DNA of 53,615 nt from a virus. Made by a program: the position numbers and the translations under genes. The stretch covers positions 1 through 53,615 of the IMG/VR virus record IMGVR_UViG_3300045988_126023. One strand, 5' to 3'. Shown piece after piece: positions 1-8,899 of the stretch; the first letter of the stretch is position 1; every line of letters begins with the position of its first letter. Under the pieces are notes generated by a model. The model made no database searches. It had not been told where the DNA came from and saw only the letters and a program-made list of their open reading frames with translations.

Positions 1-55
1 TGGAAAAAGGAGGGGTAATATGCAATATTACAATTTCACACGGCTTATAAAAAAA
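1..55. repeat. terminal overlap: 1-55 is identical to 53561-53615, so this is a circularly closed 53,560-bp genome
   Basis: Both ends read tggaaaaaggaggggtaatatgcaatattacaatttcacacggcttataaaaaaa. The ORF starting at 20 restarts at 53580. Bases 1-18 repeat the last codons (WKKEG*) of CDS 53075..53578. Confidence 0.95.
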
Positions 56-541
56 TACAGCAGTGAATTTACAGCTATTACCCTTACTGAGGGATATTAC
101 GACGATACAGGAGACTGGGTAAACGGCAGCTTGAGCGCAGTTAAGCTGAACGGTGCAATAATAAGCCATAAGGAAAGTAAAATCTTTCGGTCGGAGGGGG
201 CGCTTACAGAAAAAGACAAGCGCCTTTTTGTATTTCAGCCGATTGATGATAAATTGCACGGGGCAAAGGTCATTCATGATGATTACAGCGGGAAAAATGT
301 TTATAGCATTGTTGATAATGTTGAAAACTCAAAATTCACGGGGGTATTTGCTTATACCCTGAAATATGTATCAGCATTTAAAGACTTTGCGCCCGATTAT
401 GACTTGACCGAGGCTTTAGAGAGACTTGAAAAGAGGCTGGACGGTGTGTTGGTTGATACTGACCCGCCAAAGCCTGATAACGGCTTTTCTGAGGCGACGA
501 CAAGACTTGAAAAGAGATTGGGCGGTGTAGATTATGATTGA
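20..541 (+). CDS. head-tail joining / neck protein (family not recognised)
   Basis: 173-aa ORF with a GGAGGGG SD. Follows the connector-type genes across the circular junction. Duplicated LEKRL(D/G)GV motif near the C-terminus. Confidence 0.5.
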   Translation: MQYYNFTRLIKKYSSEFTAITLTEGYYDDTGDWVNGSLSAVKLNGAIISHKESKIFRSEGALTEKDKRLFVFQPIDDKLHGAKVIHDDYSGKNVYSIVDNVENSKFTGVFAYTLKYVSAFKDFAPDYDLTEALERLEKRLDGVLVDTDPPKPDNGFSEATTRLEKRLGGVDYD

Positions 542-1004
542 TTCCGAAAATTTAAGGCTGACCGTAGTAAAAGGGTTGAAAAAATACCTTGGTTGCCCTG
601 TAATTCGGTCAAATCAAGCCGCAGAGCCGCCGCCTTATCCTTATGTGTCTTATACAGTAACTACCCTTATGAGCGAAAATAAAGGCACATACGGCGAATA
701 TGAGGACGGTACATTACGAAAGCCTGTTATTCAGACTTGGAGTATAACCGTACAGGCCGACAATGACGCAGAAAGCGTAAAGCTTGCGAATATGGCGCAT
801 GATTGGCTTGACTGTGTAGGTACTACCTATCTCAATGACAATAAAGTTATTGTTCAATCTGTATCGAGTGTAACTAACCGAGATAATGTATTGACAACGG
901 AATATGAGTATAAAAACGGGTTTGATTGCTTCTTTTGGTGCTTTAACGAGGTTGAAAACGAGGTCGAAACAATAGAACAAGTGATACTCGACGGAGAAGG
1001 ATAA
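534..1004 (+). CDS. neck / tail-completion protein (position-based)
   Basis: 156-aa ORF overlapping the previous stop (ATGATTGA). Lies between connector genes and tail genes. No motif recognised. Confidence 0.4.
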   Translation: MIDSENLRLTVVKGLKKYLGCPVIRSNQAAEPPPYPYVSYTVTTLMSENKGTYGEYEDGTLRKPVIQTWSITVQADNDAESVKLANMAHDWLDCVGTTYLNDNKVIVQSVSSVTNRDNVLTTEYEYKNGFDCFFWCFNEVENEVETIEQVILDGEG

Positions 1005-1005
1005 T

Positions 1006-1356
1006 ATGGCAAATTTAAAACGAAACATAGAACAAGCTATATCTGATTTCAACGGCATAGAAAAAGCAATTGAAGCGGCTGGGGTTGATGTGCCTTATGA
1101 TACAGATACAAGCGAATACGGCAACAAAATAGCCGAAGTCTACCAAAAAGGAATGAGCGACGGGAAAACCGTTGTAAATGCTTTAACTCATTATGATTTT
1201 CCGTCAGTCGGCAAAACCGATGTGATATATAAAGCTGAAAGTGAAAAGCTCTTATATCAGTGGAATGAAACAGAGTTAAAGTATGAGGTCTTGGGTACAA
1301 CTGGGACTATGATTGATATTGATGTAATAAAAGGAGGTAACAGCACAAATGGCTGA
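1006..1356 (+). CDS. small fibre-associated protein
   Basis: 116 aa with a GGAGAAGGA SD. Has a fibre-like VIYKAESEKLLYQWNETELKYEVLG motif and a C-terminal IKGGNSTNG that resembles the ends of the next fibre ORFs. Confidence 0.4.
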   Translation: MANLKRNIEQAISDFNGIEKAIEAAGVDVPYDTDTSEYGNKIAEVYQKGMSDGKTVVNALTHYDFPSVGKTDVIYKAESEKLLYQWNETELKYEVLGTTGTMIDIDVIKGGNSTNG

Positions 1357-2581
1357 ACTCACAACCAGAATAATCATTAAAAATGATTCATCTGCGAATT
1401 GGCTTACAAACAAAAGCCATATATTGCTGAAAGGCGAAACCGCTTACGAATTCCTTGACAATGGCAAGGTAAAAATGAAAGTCGGTGACGGCGTTAAGAC
1501 ATGGGAGGAACTTGACTATTTCGGTGGTGAAGAATCTCATGTTTATGAGGCTACCCTTGAAGCAAGCGAGACAAAAGAACAGGCGATTAGCCGAGTGGTC
1601 GGCTCTGCAACGCCCGTTACTGGCGATATTGCGATAGTCAAGGCTCTTATTGCTGGCGAAAAGTACGAATACACAGGATATGTATATAACGGCACAGCAT
1701 GGGCGGCAATGGACGGCAATTACAACGCCAAAAACATTATTTTCGACACTGACTTGATGTTTACAAGACAGTTTGGCAAGTTTACACCCGACAGCTCGGG
1801 AAGCGTGACACTGCCGACAAGTGATACAAGTTTGTATGCGCTGCTTATGAGCGCCTATTCTGAGGAAAAGAACCCCACCACTACACAGCCGAGTGTAAGC
1901 GTGACACTGACAGAGGCGAAAGGCTATGAAGTGGGTACTACAGTAACCCCGAATTACAAAGCCACTTTCAATGAGGGCGATTACTCTTATAAGCCTGATT
2001 CTACAGGCGTTACGGTATCGGCTTGGGAAATCACCGACACAGCAGGTCACAGCGCAACAACCGCAAGCGGTAAGTTTGCTGATGTAACTGTAGCGGATAA
2101 CACAAACTACAAGATAACTGCAAAGGCCACTTATGGTGACGGTGCTATTCCTAAAACAAATATCGGTAACGATTATGCAGCAGGCCAGATTAAAGCAGGC
2201 TCAAAAACCGCAAACTCTGAGGCAATAACTGGCTACCGTAACTCTTTTTACGGAACAAAGGCAGAAAAAGCCACAGTAGACAGCGCAGCAGTGAGAAGTC
2301 TTACAGGCAAATCGGGCAAGGCGCTTACAAATGGCGCAAAGTTTAATGTCACCATTCCCGTGGGAGCTTTGAGAGTGGTTATTGCATACCCCGCAACCCT
2401 CCGAGATGTAACGTCTATTGCTGATGTGAACGGAATGAACGCAGAAATTAAAACAAGCTTTACCAAAACAACCGTGGCGGTAGAGGGTGCGAACGGCGCA
2501 GCAGCGATTGACTACAAGGTATATACGCTTGATTTTGCAAACGCAAATGACGCAGCGAATACATACGCAGTGACGATATAA
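1349..2581 (+). CDS. fibre-like structural protein with a HylP/Mtd-type N-terminal domain
   Basis: N-terminus TRIIIKNDSSANWLTNKSHILLKGETAYEF..KMKVGDGVKTWEELDYF matches the R-x-x-x-K/R..W..N..L..GE...KxGDG....L.Y pattern of the phage hyaluronidase HylP / Mtd N-domains. Confidence 0.55.
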   Translation: MAELTTRIIIKNDSSANWLTNKSHILLKGETAYEFLDNGKVKMKVGDGVKTWEELDYFGGEESHVYEATLEASETKEQAISRVVGSATPVTGDIAIVKALIAGEKYEYTGYVYNGTAWAAMDGNYNAKNIIFDTDLMFTRQFGKFTPDSSGSVTLPTSDTSLYALLMSAYSEEKNPTTTQPSVSVTLTEAKGYEVGTTVTPNYKATFNEGDYSYKPDSTGVTVSAWEITDTAGHSATTASGKFADVTVADNTNYKITAKATYGDGAIPKTNIGNDYAAGQIKAGSKTANSEAITGYRNSFYGTKAEKATVDSAAVRSLTGKSGKALTNGAKFNVTIPVGALRVVIAYPATLRDVTSIADVNGMNAEIKTSFTKTTVAVEGANGAAAIDYKVYTLDFANANDAANTYAVTI

Positions 2582-2599
2582 AACAGGGGGTGAATAAGA

Positions 2600-3835
2600 A
2601 TGTCAATGAATTTCGGAAAACTGAACTTTAGTACAAGTTTTAAACCTACCGCTGCATTTCCGTTAAATGCTAACTGCTATTTTGAAAGCTTGGAGCAGGC
2701 TATAGCAGCAGCAGCAACAGCGGAGGAAGTCGGAAGCTCAAATACCGTTTATCATTACGGTCAAGAAATTGCGGTTGTCGAGAACAACAAGGCCACAATA
2801 TACGTTATTCAGCCCGATAAAACACTGAAAGAGGTCGGGGCAACTCCCGCAGGAGACGGAACAAGTGTTGAGGTTGTTGACGGCAAAATCAGAATTATCG
2901 GCTTTGCAGGAGCAGAAAGCGGCTCACAGCCCCGCAAAAAGGCCGACGGAACAATAGAATGGGTAAAGCCTGATACTTCTACTGTAGAGGGCTTGCAGAC
3001 GCTTGTTTCTGGCCTTGAAAGTGACGTGGAAACACTTCAAACAAGTAAGGCAAATGCGGCTGATGTTTATACAAAGAACGAAGTCGATACAAAGCTGTCG
3101 GCAGTGTACAGATACAGCGGTTCTGTCAATTCGTATGCAGACCTTCCTACTGATTTGACAAACACAGATTCGGACATCGGCAAGACCTACAATGTAAAAA
3201 CCGCCAACAAAGCACACGGCATTAAAGCTGGTGATAACGTTGCTTGGACGGGCACAGAGTGGGACGTTCTTGCTGGTGAGGTTGATTTGTCCGCTTATAG
3301 CACAACGGAGCAGATTACAGCCGAACTCGATAAAAAGGTTGATAAGGTTGACGGGTCAAGACTTATCACAGCGGAAGAAGCCGCAAAAATCGCAACAGCA
3401 GAAGCGAATGTTATTGAAAGCGTTGATACGGCGCAGTTTGCTCTTGACGGCGACAAAAAGCTCACATTGCTTGATGTTGCTATGTCAAAGGTAACTGGCC
3501 TTACTGACGCTCTGGCCGACAAGGTTGATAAGGTCGAGGGTTCACGGCTCATAACAGAGGCGGAAGCCACAAAGCTGGGAGCAATCGAAAGCGGCGCACA
3601 GGCCAACATCCTTGAGGTTGTCAAACTCAACGGTGAAGCCCTTGCAATAAGCGAAAAAGGGGTTGATATTCCCGTTGCTGGGGAAAGCCTCGGCGTGGTT
3701 AAATCGTCCGCAGCCGAAAACAAAGTTTCGGTAGGTACAGACGGCGAAATGTCTGTAAACAATGTAAATGTAAACAAACTTGTTCAGACCGACGGAGAAA
3801 CACTGATTCTCAACGGCGGCACATCAGAAAATTAA
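2600..3835 (+). CDS. coiled-coil fibre protein
   Basis: 411 aa. Internal repeats DKVDGSRLITAEEAAKI / DKVEGSRLITEAEATKL. C-terminal NKLVQTDGETLILNGGTSEN motif shared with 3851..4954. Confidence 0.55.
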   Translation: MSMNFGKLNFSTSFKPTAAFPLNANCYFESLEQAIAAAATAEEVGSSNTVYHYGQEIAVVENNKATIYVIQPDKTLKEVGATPAGDGTSVEVVDGKIRIIGFAGAESGSQPRKKADGTIEWVKPDTSTVEGLQTLVSGLESDVETLQTSKANAADVYTKNEVDTKLSAVYRYSGSVNSYADLPTDLTNTDSDIGKTYNVKTANKAHGIKAGDNVAWTGTEWDVLAGEVDLSAYSTTEQITAELDKKVDKVDGSRLITAEEAAKIATAEANVIESVDTAQFALDGDKKLTLLDVAMSKVTGLTDALADKVDKVEGSRLITEAEATKLGAIESGAQANILEVVKLNGEALAISEKGVDIPVAGESLGVVKSSAAENKVSVGTDGEMSVNNVNVNKLVQTDGETLILNGGTSEN

Positions 3836-3850
3836 AAGGAGTAAAAGACA

Positions 3851-4954
3851 ATGGCAGAAAAAACACTTAACACAAGAATAGCTCTCAAGTATGACACCTA
3901 TGAGAACTGGAAAACACACAATCCCGTACTTAAAGCGGGCGAGGTTGCTATCGCAACTATTCCCTCTAATCAGGACGGAGTACAGAACGCCCCCTCGATT
4001 CTGATGAAAGTCGGTGACGGCACAAGCAAATATAACGCTCTTAAATTTGTCAGTGGCCTTTCGGCTGATGTTCACGATTGGGCGAAAGCGGCCACAAAGC
4101 CCACTTATGCCGCAAGTGAAATCACAGGCCTTGAGGCGTTTATCGCTGGCGAAATTCAGGACACTGACACACAGTATCGTATTACAAAGGTCGACGATTA
4201 CAACTACAAGCTCCAGTCTAAGGCCAAGGGCGAGGCCGACACTGCTTTTGCCGATGTCAGCACTATCGTAATTCCTAAATATGATGATACTACTGTAACT
4301 GCTGATATTGCCGCTCTTAAAACAAAGGTTGGCGACAAAACTGTTTCCCAGCAGATTGACTCTAAAATCACTTCTAATCTTAACAACGGAACGATTGCAA
4401 AGGGCGAGGACTTAACCACTCTGAGCGGTAAGGTAACTACTCTTATCGGCACTACTGAGGGAGACGACACAAAGTCTGCTCGTACCATTGCTTCTGAGGA
4501 AGTCGCTAAGATTGTGGCGGGCGCTGATACAGCCTATGACACACTCAAGGAAATTGCTGACTGGATTACAACCCACAAGTCAGACGCTACCGCAATGAAC
4601 ACCGCAATTACAGCCCTTGAAAACAAGCTTTCGGGAATTGCCGCAGGCGAGGGTACTGTTAAGACGTATGTAGACGACGCAATTACAGCTCTGAAAATCG
4701 GCGATTATGCCAAAGCCGCAGACCTGACCGCTCTTGCTGGTAGAGTTTCCGACCTTGAGGGCGACACTCACACCCATGCAAATAAGACTGTTCTTGACGG
4801 TATTACCTCTACAAAGGTTACTGCTTGGGATAAGGTTTCCGAGAAAGCAAATGACGCTGACCTTGCCGCTATTGCAAAGTCGGGTAATGTGAATGACCTT
4901 GTACAGACAAGCGGCGACGTGCTTGTGCTCGATTGTGGAGATTCTAACTGCTAA
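3851..4954 (+). CDS. fibre protein with a HylP/Mtd-type N-terminal domain
   Basis: N-terminus TRIALKYDTYENWKTHNPVLKAGEVAIA..LMKVGDGTSKYNALKF. Ala/Thr-rich coiled region. C-terminal NDLVQTSGDVLVLDCGDSNC. Confidence 0.55.
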   Translation: MAEKTLNTRIALKYDTYENWKTHNPVLKAGEVAIATIPSNQDGVQNAPSILMKVGDGTSKYNALKFVSGLSADVHDWAKAATKPTYAASEITGLEAFIAGEIQDTDTQYRITKVDDYNYKLQSKAKGEADTAFADVSTIVIPKYDDTTVTADIAALKTKVGDKTVSQQIDSKITSNLNNGTIAKGEDLTTLSGKVTTLIGTTEGDDTKSARTIASEEVAKIVAGADTAYDTLKEIADWITTHKSDATAMNTAITALENKLSGIAAGEGTVKTYVDDAITALKIGDYAKAADLTALAGRVSDLEGDTHTHANKTVLDGITSTKVTAWDKVSEKANDADLAAIAKSGNVNDLVQTSGDVLVLDCGDSNC

Positions 4955-4983
4955 AAAACCATAAAAAAAAGAGGTTTTAATAA

Positions 4984-5283
4984 ATGGCAATTAGTGTAAG
5001 AATTAAGCACAAAATTGATACTGCTGCCAACTGGACTACTCGAAATCCCGTTTTAATGGCTGGTGAAATGATTTTTGTCATTGATACAGACGGCCAAAAG
5101 ATAAAAATAGGAGACGGCACAAGCACATATACGCAACTGCCGTTTTTGCAGATAGGCGGAAGTTCGCCAACCATAACAAGCGAAATGGTAGAAGCTATGA
5201 TAAAGGCAAACTGGGGATTTTGTGAAAATGAATCTGATATGAATACCTTTGTCACAGCGTCCGCAGGTGGCGACAGTGAATAA
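4984..5283 (+). CDS. stand-alone HylP/Mtd-N-like domain protein
   Basis: 99 aa. VRIKHKIDTAANWTTRNPVLMAGEMIFVIDTDGQKIKIGDGTSTYTQLPFL is a third copy of the same domain. Confidence 0.5.
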   Translation: MAISVRIKHKIDTAANWTTRNPVLMAGEMIFVIDTDGQKIKIGDGTSTYTQLPFLQIGGSSPTITSEMVEAMIKANWGFCENESDMNTFVTASAGGDSE

Positions 5284-5287
5284 ACGC

Positions 5288-5316
5288 AAAACGGCTGAAC
5301 AAGCCGTTTTTATTTT
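5288..5316 (+). terminator. rho-independent terminator closing the fibre cluster
   Basis: aaaacggct-gaaca-agccgtttt is a 9-bp stem, followed by tatttt. Confidence 0.7.
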
Positions 5317-5338
5317 GAAATTTTAAGGAGGTCATATT

Positions 5339-6331
5339 ATGGCTAAAGATGTAAAAATCACAATTAACAAAGCCAAAACCGTTGGTAATGTCGGTTTTGG
5401 TTGCCCCCTCATTCTTGAGGAAAATGCAACAGAAGCCAAAGACTACGCAGAATATACAAGTCTGACCGCAATATCTGAGGCAGGATATGAAACAACTACA
5501 GATGTTTACAAGGTCGCTCAGCTTATGTTCATGCAGGAGCATTACCCTGAAAAGATTGCTATTTGTTCTACCGCCTCTACGGCTGATGTATGGCTCGGTG
5601 CGGAATCCAATGTAAGCAAGGGCTGGAGACAGCTTGTTGTTGTAAGGGGCGGAGAAACCGCAACAAATGTCGGAAAGGTTATGACCGCTATCGAGGCGCA
5701 GACCAAATATCCGAAATTCTATTATGCCAACATTGCTATGGACGATAGCACTGTCATAGCAAAAGACGGCATTGAAAGAACCCTGCTTTGTTACTACACT
5801 CCCACAGAAGATATTCCCGCTCCCGTTGCTGCCATTGCCGCAGAGGTCAGCGGTCTTGAGGTCGGTTCTTATACCATTAACAACCTGATTGTTAAAGGCG
5901 TACCCGCTCTTGAGCTTTCTGAGGAAGAAATCGAGGCTATTCACAAGAAAGGCGGCGTTACAATCGTGCTGGCCGCTGGCGATACCGTTGTATCTGAGGG
6001 CAAGGCCGTAGGCGGCGGATATGTCGACAATACCGACGGCAACGATTATATCAAGCAGCAGCTTGAATATAAGACCCAGAAAGTATTTAATACCAACCTG
6101 AAAGTTCCCTACACAAATGCGGGAATCGCAATGCTTGAAAGTGCAGCTATCGAGGTTATGACTGACGCAATGAATAAGACCATTATTGAGAGCTACACCG
6201 TAAATTACCTGCTCCGTGAAGATGTGGCCGAGGGCGACAGGTCAGCAAGAAAGTATATTGGCGGAAATATTGCTTATAGCATGGCTGGGGCAATTCACGA
6301 AATCGAAATTGATTGTGAGTGCTCTCTCTAA
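5339..6331 (+). CDS. tail sheath protein (short, DUF3383-like type)
   Basis: 330 aa with an AAGGAGG SD. N-terminus VKITINKAKTVGNVGFGCPLIL recalled as DUF3383-like. Sits directly upstream of a tube-like gene, and baseplate J/gp25-like genes lie downstream. Confidence 0.6.
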   Translation: MAKDVKITINKAKTVGNVGFGCPLILEENATEAKDYAEYTSLTAISEAGYETTTDVYKVAQLMFMQEHYPEKIAICSTASTADVWLGAESNVSKGWRQLVVVRGGETATNVGKVMTAIEAQTKYPKFYYANIAMDDSTVIAKDGIERTLLCYYTPTEDIPAPVAAIAAEVSGLEVGSYTINNLIVKGVPALELSEEEIEAIHKKGGVTIVLAAGDTVVSEGKAVGGGYVDNTDGNDYIKQQLEYKTQKVFNTNLKVPYTNAGIAMLESAAIEVMTDAMNKTIIESYTVNYLLREDVAEGDRSARKYIGGNIAYSMAGAIHEIEIDCECSL

Positions 6332-6350
6332 TTAAAAAGGAGGTAATAAA

Positions 6351-6749
6351 ATGAATGTAACAAGATACAATGCGAAAGATTGTTCTATCGTTGTCGGTGG
6401 CGTGTATATTACAGGTCTTGGCGAGGATATGGTTTCAATCGAAAAGGAAGAAGCCCTTGCAGAGAACAGCGTTGGCGCACAGGGTGATGTTGTTCGGTCG
6501 GAGATAAACAACTCCATTTATACAATCACTGTTACCGTACAGTCGACAAGCCCGCAATTCCCTTATCTTCTTTCCCTGAAAGACGCAACAGAGGCGTTCC
6601 CGATTTGGGTTATCAATAAGCCCCTTAAACTCCGTGCAGGCGGAACAATGGCGTTTATCACTGAAATGCCCAGCCTTTCCCTTGGCTCGGAGGCCGAAGA
6701 TGTAGAATTTTCGTTCTCGGTCTATGACGGTGATATTATCGTCGACTGA
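6351..6749 (+). CDS. tail tube protein (DUF3277-like)
   Basis: 132 aa. YNAKDCSIVVGGVYITGLGEDMVSIE...GAQGDVVRSE...ITVTVQSTSP pattern. Occupies the sheath-tube-chaperone-TMP position. Confidence 0.6.
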   Translation: MNVTRYNAKDCSIVVGGVYITGLGEDMVSIEKEEALAENSVGAQGDVVRSEINNSIYTITVTVQSTSPQFPYLLSLKDATEAFPIWVINKPLKLRAGGTMAFITEMPSLSLGSEAEDVEFSFSVYDGDIIVD

Positions 6750-6754
6750 TTTAT

Positions 6755-6786
6755 AAAACGGTATATTATATACCGTTTTTTCTTTT
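6755..6786 (+). terminator. rho-independent terminator or attenuator after the tube gene
   Basis: aaaacggtata-tta-tataccgtttt is an 11-bp stem, followed by a T-run. Confidence 0.75.
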
Positions 6787-6814
6787 AAAAACAAAATAAT
6801 ATAATAACAAAACA

Positions 6815-7138
6815 TTGGAGGATAATAAAATGGCTAAATTTTATACAGTAGAAAAGGAAATTAACGGAACTAAATATGTTGCTCAGTTTAACGGCATTTC
6901 GGCAGCTCTGAAAGCTGTAGACGAAAGTTATATTGAGGGAACAAACAACACAAGCGTTGAAAAGCTTTCAAGATACCTTTTCAGCAATGTAATTGTTGAG
7001 CCTAAAGGACTGACCGCAGACGATTTCGAGAGCATGGAGGAATTTAATGAGGTCATTAGCTTTGCCCGTGAGGTAATGCAGGGCGACTTTCGAGAAGAAA
7101 AAGACAAGAAGTCAGCTAAAGCGACAAGCAAGGAATAA
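6815..7138 (+). CDS. tail assembly chaperone (G-like short product)
   Basis: 107-aa acidic ORF between the tube and TMP genes. A downstream overlapping frame encodes a typical T-like extension. Confidence 0.6.
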   Translation: MEDNKMAKFYTVEKEINGTKYVAQFNGISAALKAVDESYIEGTNNTSVEKLSRYLFSNVIVEPKGLTADDFESMEEFNEVISFAREVMQGDFREEKDKKSAKATSKE

Positions 7139-7295
7139 TTGGCCGCTGTGGCGACTTGTATTATCAAAACGAGGATTTGATTATCAGACAGTGTTCGGCA
7201 AGCCGTTTATGACCCCGCAAGATGTGTATGAGGCAAATATAGCTCTTGATATGCAGCTTGAGGAAGAAGCAAAAGCGGCTAAAAAGAAACGGTAA
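7077..7295 (+). CDS. tail assembly chaperone extension (GT-like), reachable only by a +1/-2 frameshift
   Basis: The frame is open 7077-7292 with no start codon until 7209. It encodes WPLWRLVLSKRGFDYQTVFGKPFMTPQDVYEANIALDMQLEEE... An A5 run (7098-7102) lies in the overlap. A terminator follows directly after the stop. Confidence 0.45.
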   Translation, partial: CRATFEKKKTRSQLKRQARNNWPLWRLVLSKRGFDYQTVFGKPFMTPQDVYEANIALDMQLEEEAKAAKKKR

Positions 7296-7296
7296 G

Positions 7297-7320
7297 CCCC
7301 GCTATTACAGCGGGGTTTGC
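7297..7320 (+). terminator. stem-loop after the chaperone extension
   Basis: ccccgct-attac-agcgggg followed by tttg. Confidence 0.6.
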
Positions 7321-7357
7321 CTATTTGTAAAGACTTCCTAAAGAAAGGAGGTAAATA

Positions 7358-8131
7358 ATGGCTGATAATGTAATCAGAAACGACATTGTTAAACTTGATT
7401 TTGAGGTCGAGGGTTTAAAAGAACTCAAAAAACTTCAAGATGAAACCAACGAATTAAAAAAGAAACTAACAGGCGGAATAGGCGACGACGCTCTTGACGG
7501 CCTGAAAAAAGGGGCAAATGACAGTGTAAAGCCCTTGAAGAATGTTAAAGAGCAAGCGGAAAAAGTCAAAAAATCCGTCACTGATATAGGCAAAAAAGCG
7601 GCCACAACGGCCTTTAAAGGCTTAAAAAAACTGGCTGGCATTTCATTCAAAGCCCTGACCGCTGGCATTGGTACGGCGGCTACAGCACTTGGATTTCTTA
7701 TGAAAAATGCTGTGTCGGCGTATTCAGAATATGAGCAGTTATACGGCGGTATGCAAACGCTGTTAGGTGCAAAAGGCGCAAAAAGTGTTGAAGAATATGC
7801 AAAACTAACAGGAAAATCCGTTGACGCAGTACAAGGCGAATACCAAAAGATGTTAGATAGTGAAAACTATGTAATGACGAAAGCTAACGACGCATTTAAA
7901 ACGGCGGGAATGTCAGCTAATGAATACATGGAAACTATCACGTCATTTGCGGCAGCAATGGTAACGAGTGTAGGCGGAGACACAAAAAAAGCGGCTGAAT
8001 TGTCCGACATGGCAATTCAAGACATGGCCGACAACGCCAACAAAATGGGCACTCCCTTAGAGAATGTTTCTATTGTCTATTCAAACCTTGCAAGAGGTAT
8101 GTATATGACATTGGATAACTTAAAACTGGGT
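7358..8131 (+). CDS. tape measure protein, exon 1
   Basis: Coiled-coil K/A-rich N-terminus, ending ...MYMTLDNLKLG at t8131. The remaining 22 codons of the ORF (to 8197) are read-through into the intron. Confidence 0.8.
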
Positions 8132-8228
8132 AAAGAGGACTGCATTGCTCAGTATAAACCTTGTGAAAACGGGGAAACCCTTATGTTAGTAGCATAAGAC
8201 AATCCCGTGGCAAGTTGCAAAAAAAGTA

Positions 8229-8257
8229 TTGAATTTTCTGAAAACTTGTGATAAACT
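8229..8257 (+). promoter_or_regulatory. promoter-like element inside the intron, upstream of the HNH ORF (class Q)
   Basis: aaaaagtaTTGAAT-17 nt-TAAACT. Same architecture as 37547-37575 (aaaaagtaTTGAAA-17-TATAAT). Confidence 0.45.
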
Positions 8258-8293
8258 AAAAATAGCGAACACAAGGAAAAGGAGAAAATTCAA

Positions 8294-8899
8294 ATGACTT
8301 GGGTAAAAATCAAACAAAACGAAAACTATTCTATCAATGAGAACGGCGAGGTTAAGAATAACAAAAAAGGCACTTTGCTAAAATCTCATATTAACAAAAA
8401 AAGCGGTTATAAAATGGTTAGCTTGTGGCGCAATAACAAAGCGAAGCATTATACAATTCACAGGCTTTTAGCGGAAGCATTTATACCAAACCCGCAAAAT
8501 AAACCGACAGTAGACCATAAAGACGGAAACAGGCTTAATAATTCGCTTGATAATCTTAGGTGGGCTACATACGAAGAACAAAATTCAAGATTTGAAACAA
8601 TCGGAGTGAGAAGTCAAAAAGTAAAAGTAACTCACTATGAGGAAACAAGAAATTCAAGCGGTTGGGGTCATAAGTCTTGGGATAGAATAGATAGAACATT
8701 GTATTTTGACAGAATAAGTGATGTAGCCGCTTATTTTGAAGTGTCTATCGGAAACATATCTTTAATGTTAAAGAACGGCACAATCGGTAGACGAGGAAAA
8801 ATGAGAGGTTATAAGTTTGAATATGCCGAAAGTCAGAGAAAAACTTTTGCAAAAGCCCTAACGACTATCGAAAGCACAGAGAAATCTGGAAGTGAGTAG
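8294..8899 (+). CDS. HNH homing endonuclease (I-HmuI-like: NUMOD4 + HNH_3 motifs)
   Basis: WVKIKQNENYSINENGEVKN (NUMOD4-like) and TVDHKDGNRLNNSLDNLRWATYEEQN (HNH). AAGGAGAA SD. Confidence 0.85.
   Translation: MTWVKIKQNENYSINENGEVKNNKKGTLLKSHINKKSGYKMVSLWRNNKAKHYTIHRLLAEAFIPNPQNKPTVDHKDGNRLNNSLDNLRWATYEEQNSRFETIGVRSQKVKVTHYEETRNSSGWGHKSWDRIDRTLYFDRISDVAAYFEVSIGNISLMLKNGTIGRRGKMRGYKFEYAESQRKTFAKALTTIESTEKSGSE

Noticed and set aside
1349-5283. A diversity-generating retroelement, suggested by the Mtd-N-like domains.
   Set aside because: No reverse transcriptase gene is present. No template/variable repeat pair with adenine-specific differences was seen anywhere in the genome.
7091-7119. A canonical -1 frameshift for the tail chaperone.
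   Set aside because: The -1 frame is closed by TAA at 7117-7119. Only the +1 frame is open to 7292.
8132-8197. The last 22 codons of the first TMP ORF (KEDCIAQYKPCENGETLMLVA), and the TTG start at 9021 for the second TMP ORF.
   Set aside because: They are better explained as read-through into, and out of, the group I intron. No SD precedes 9021, and the splice junction restores a contiguous KLG|YAGTK motif.
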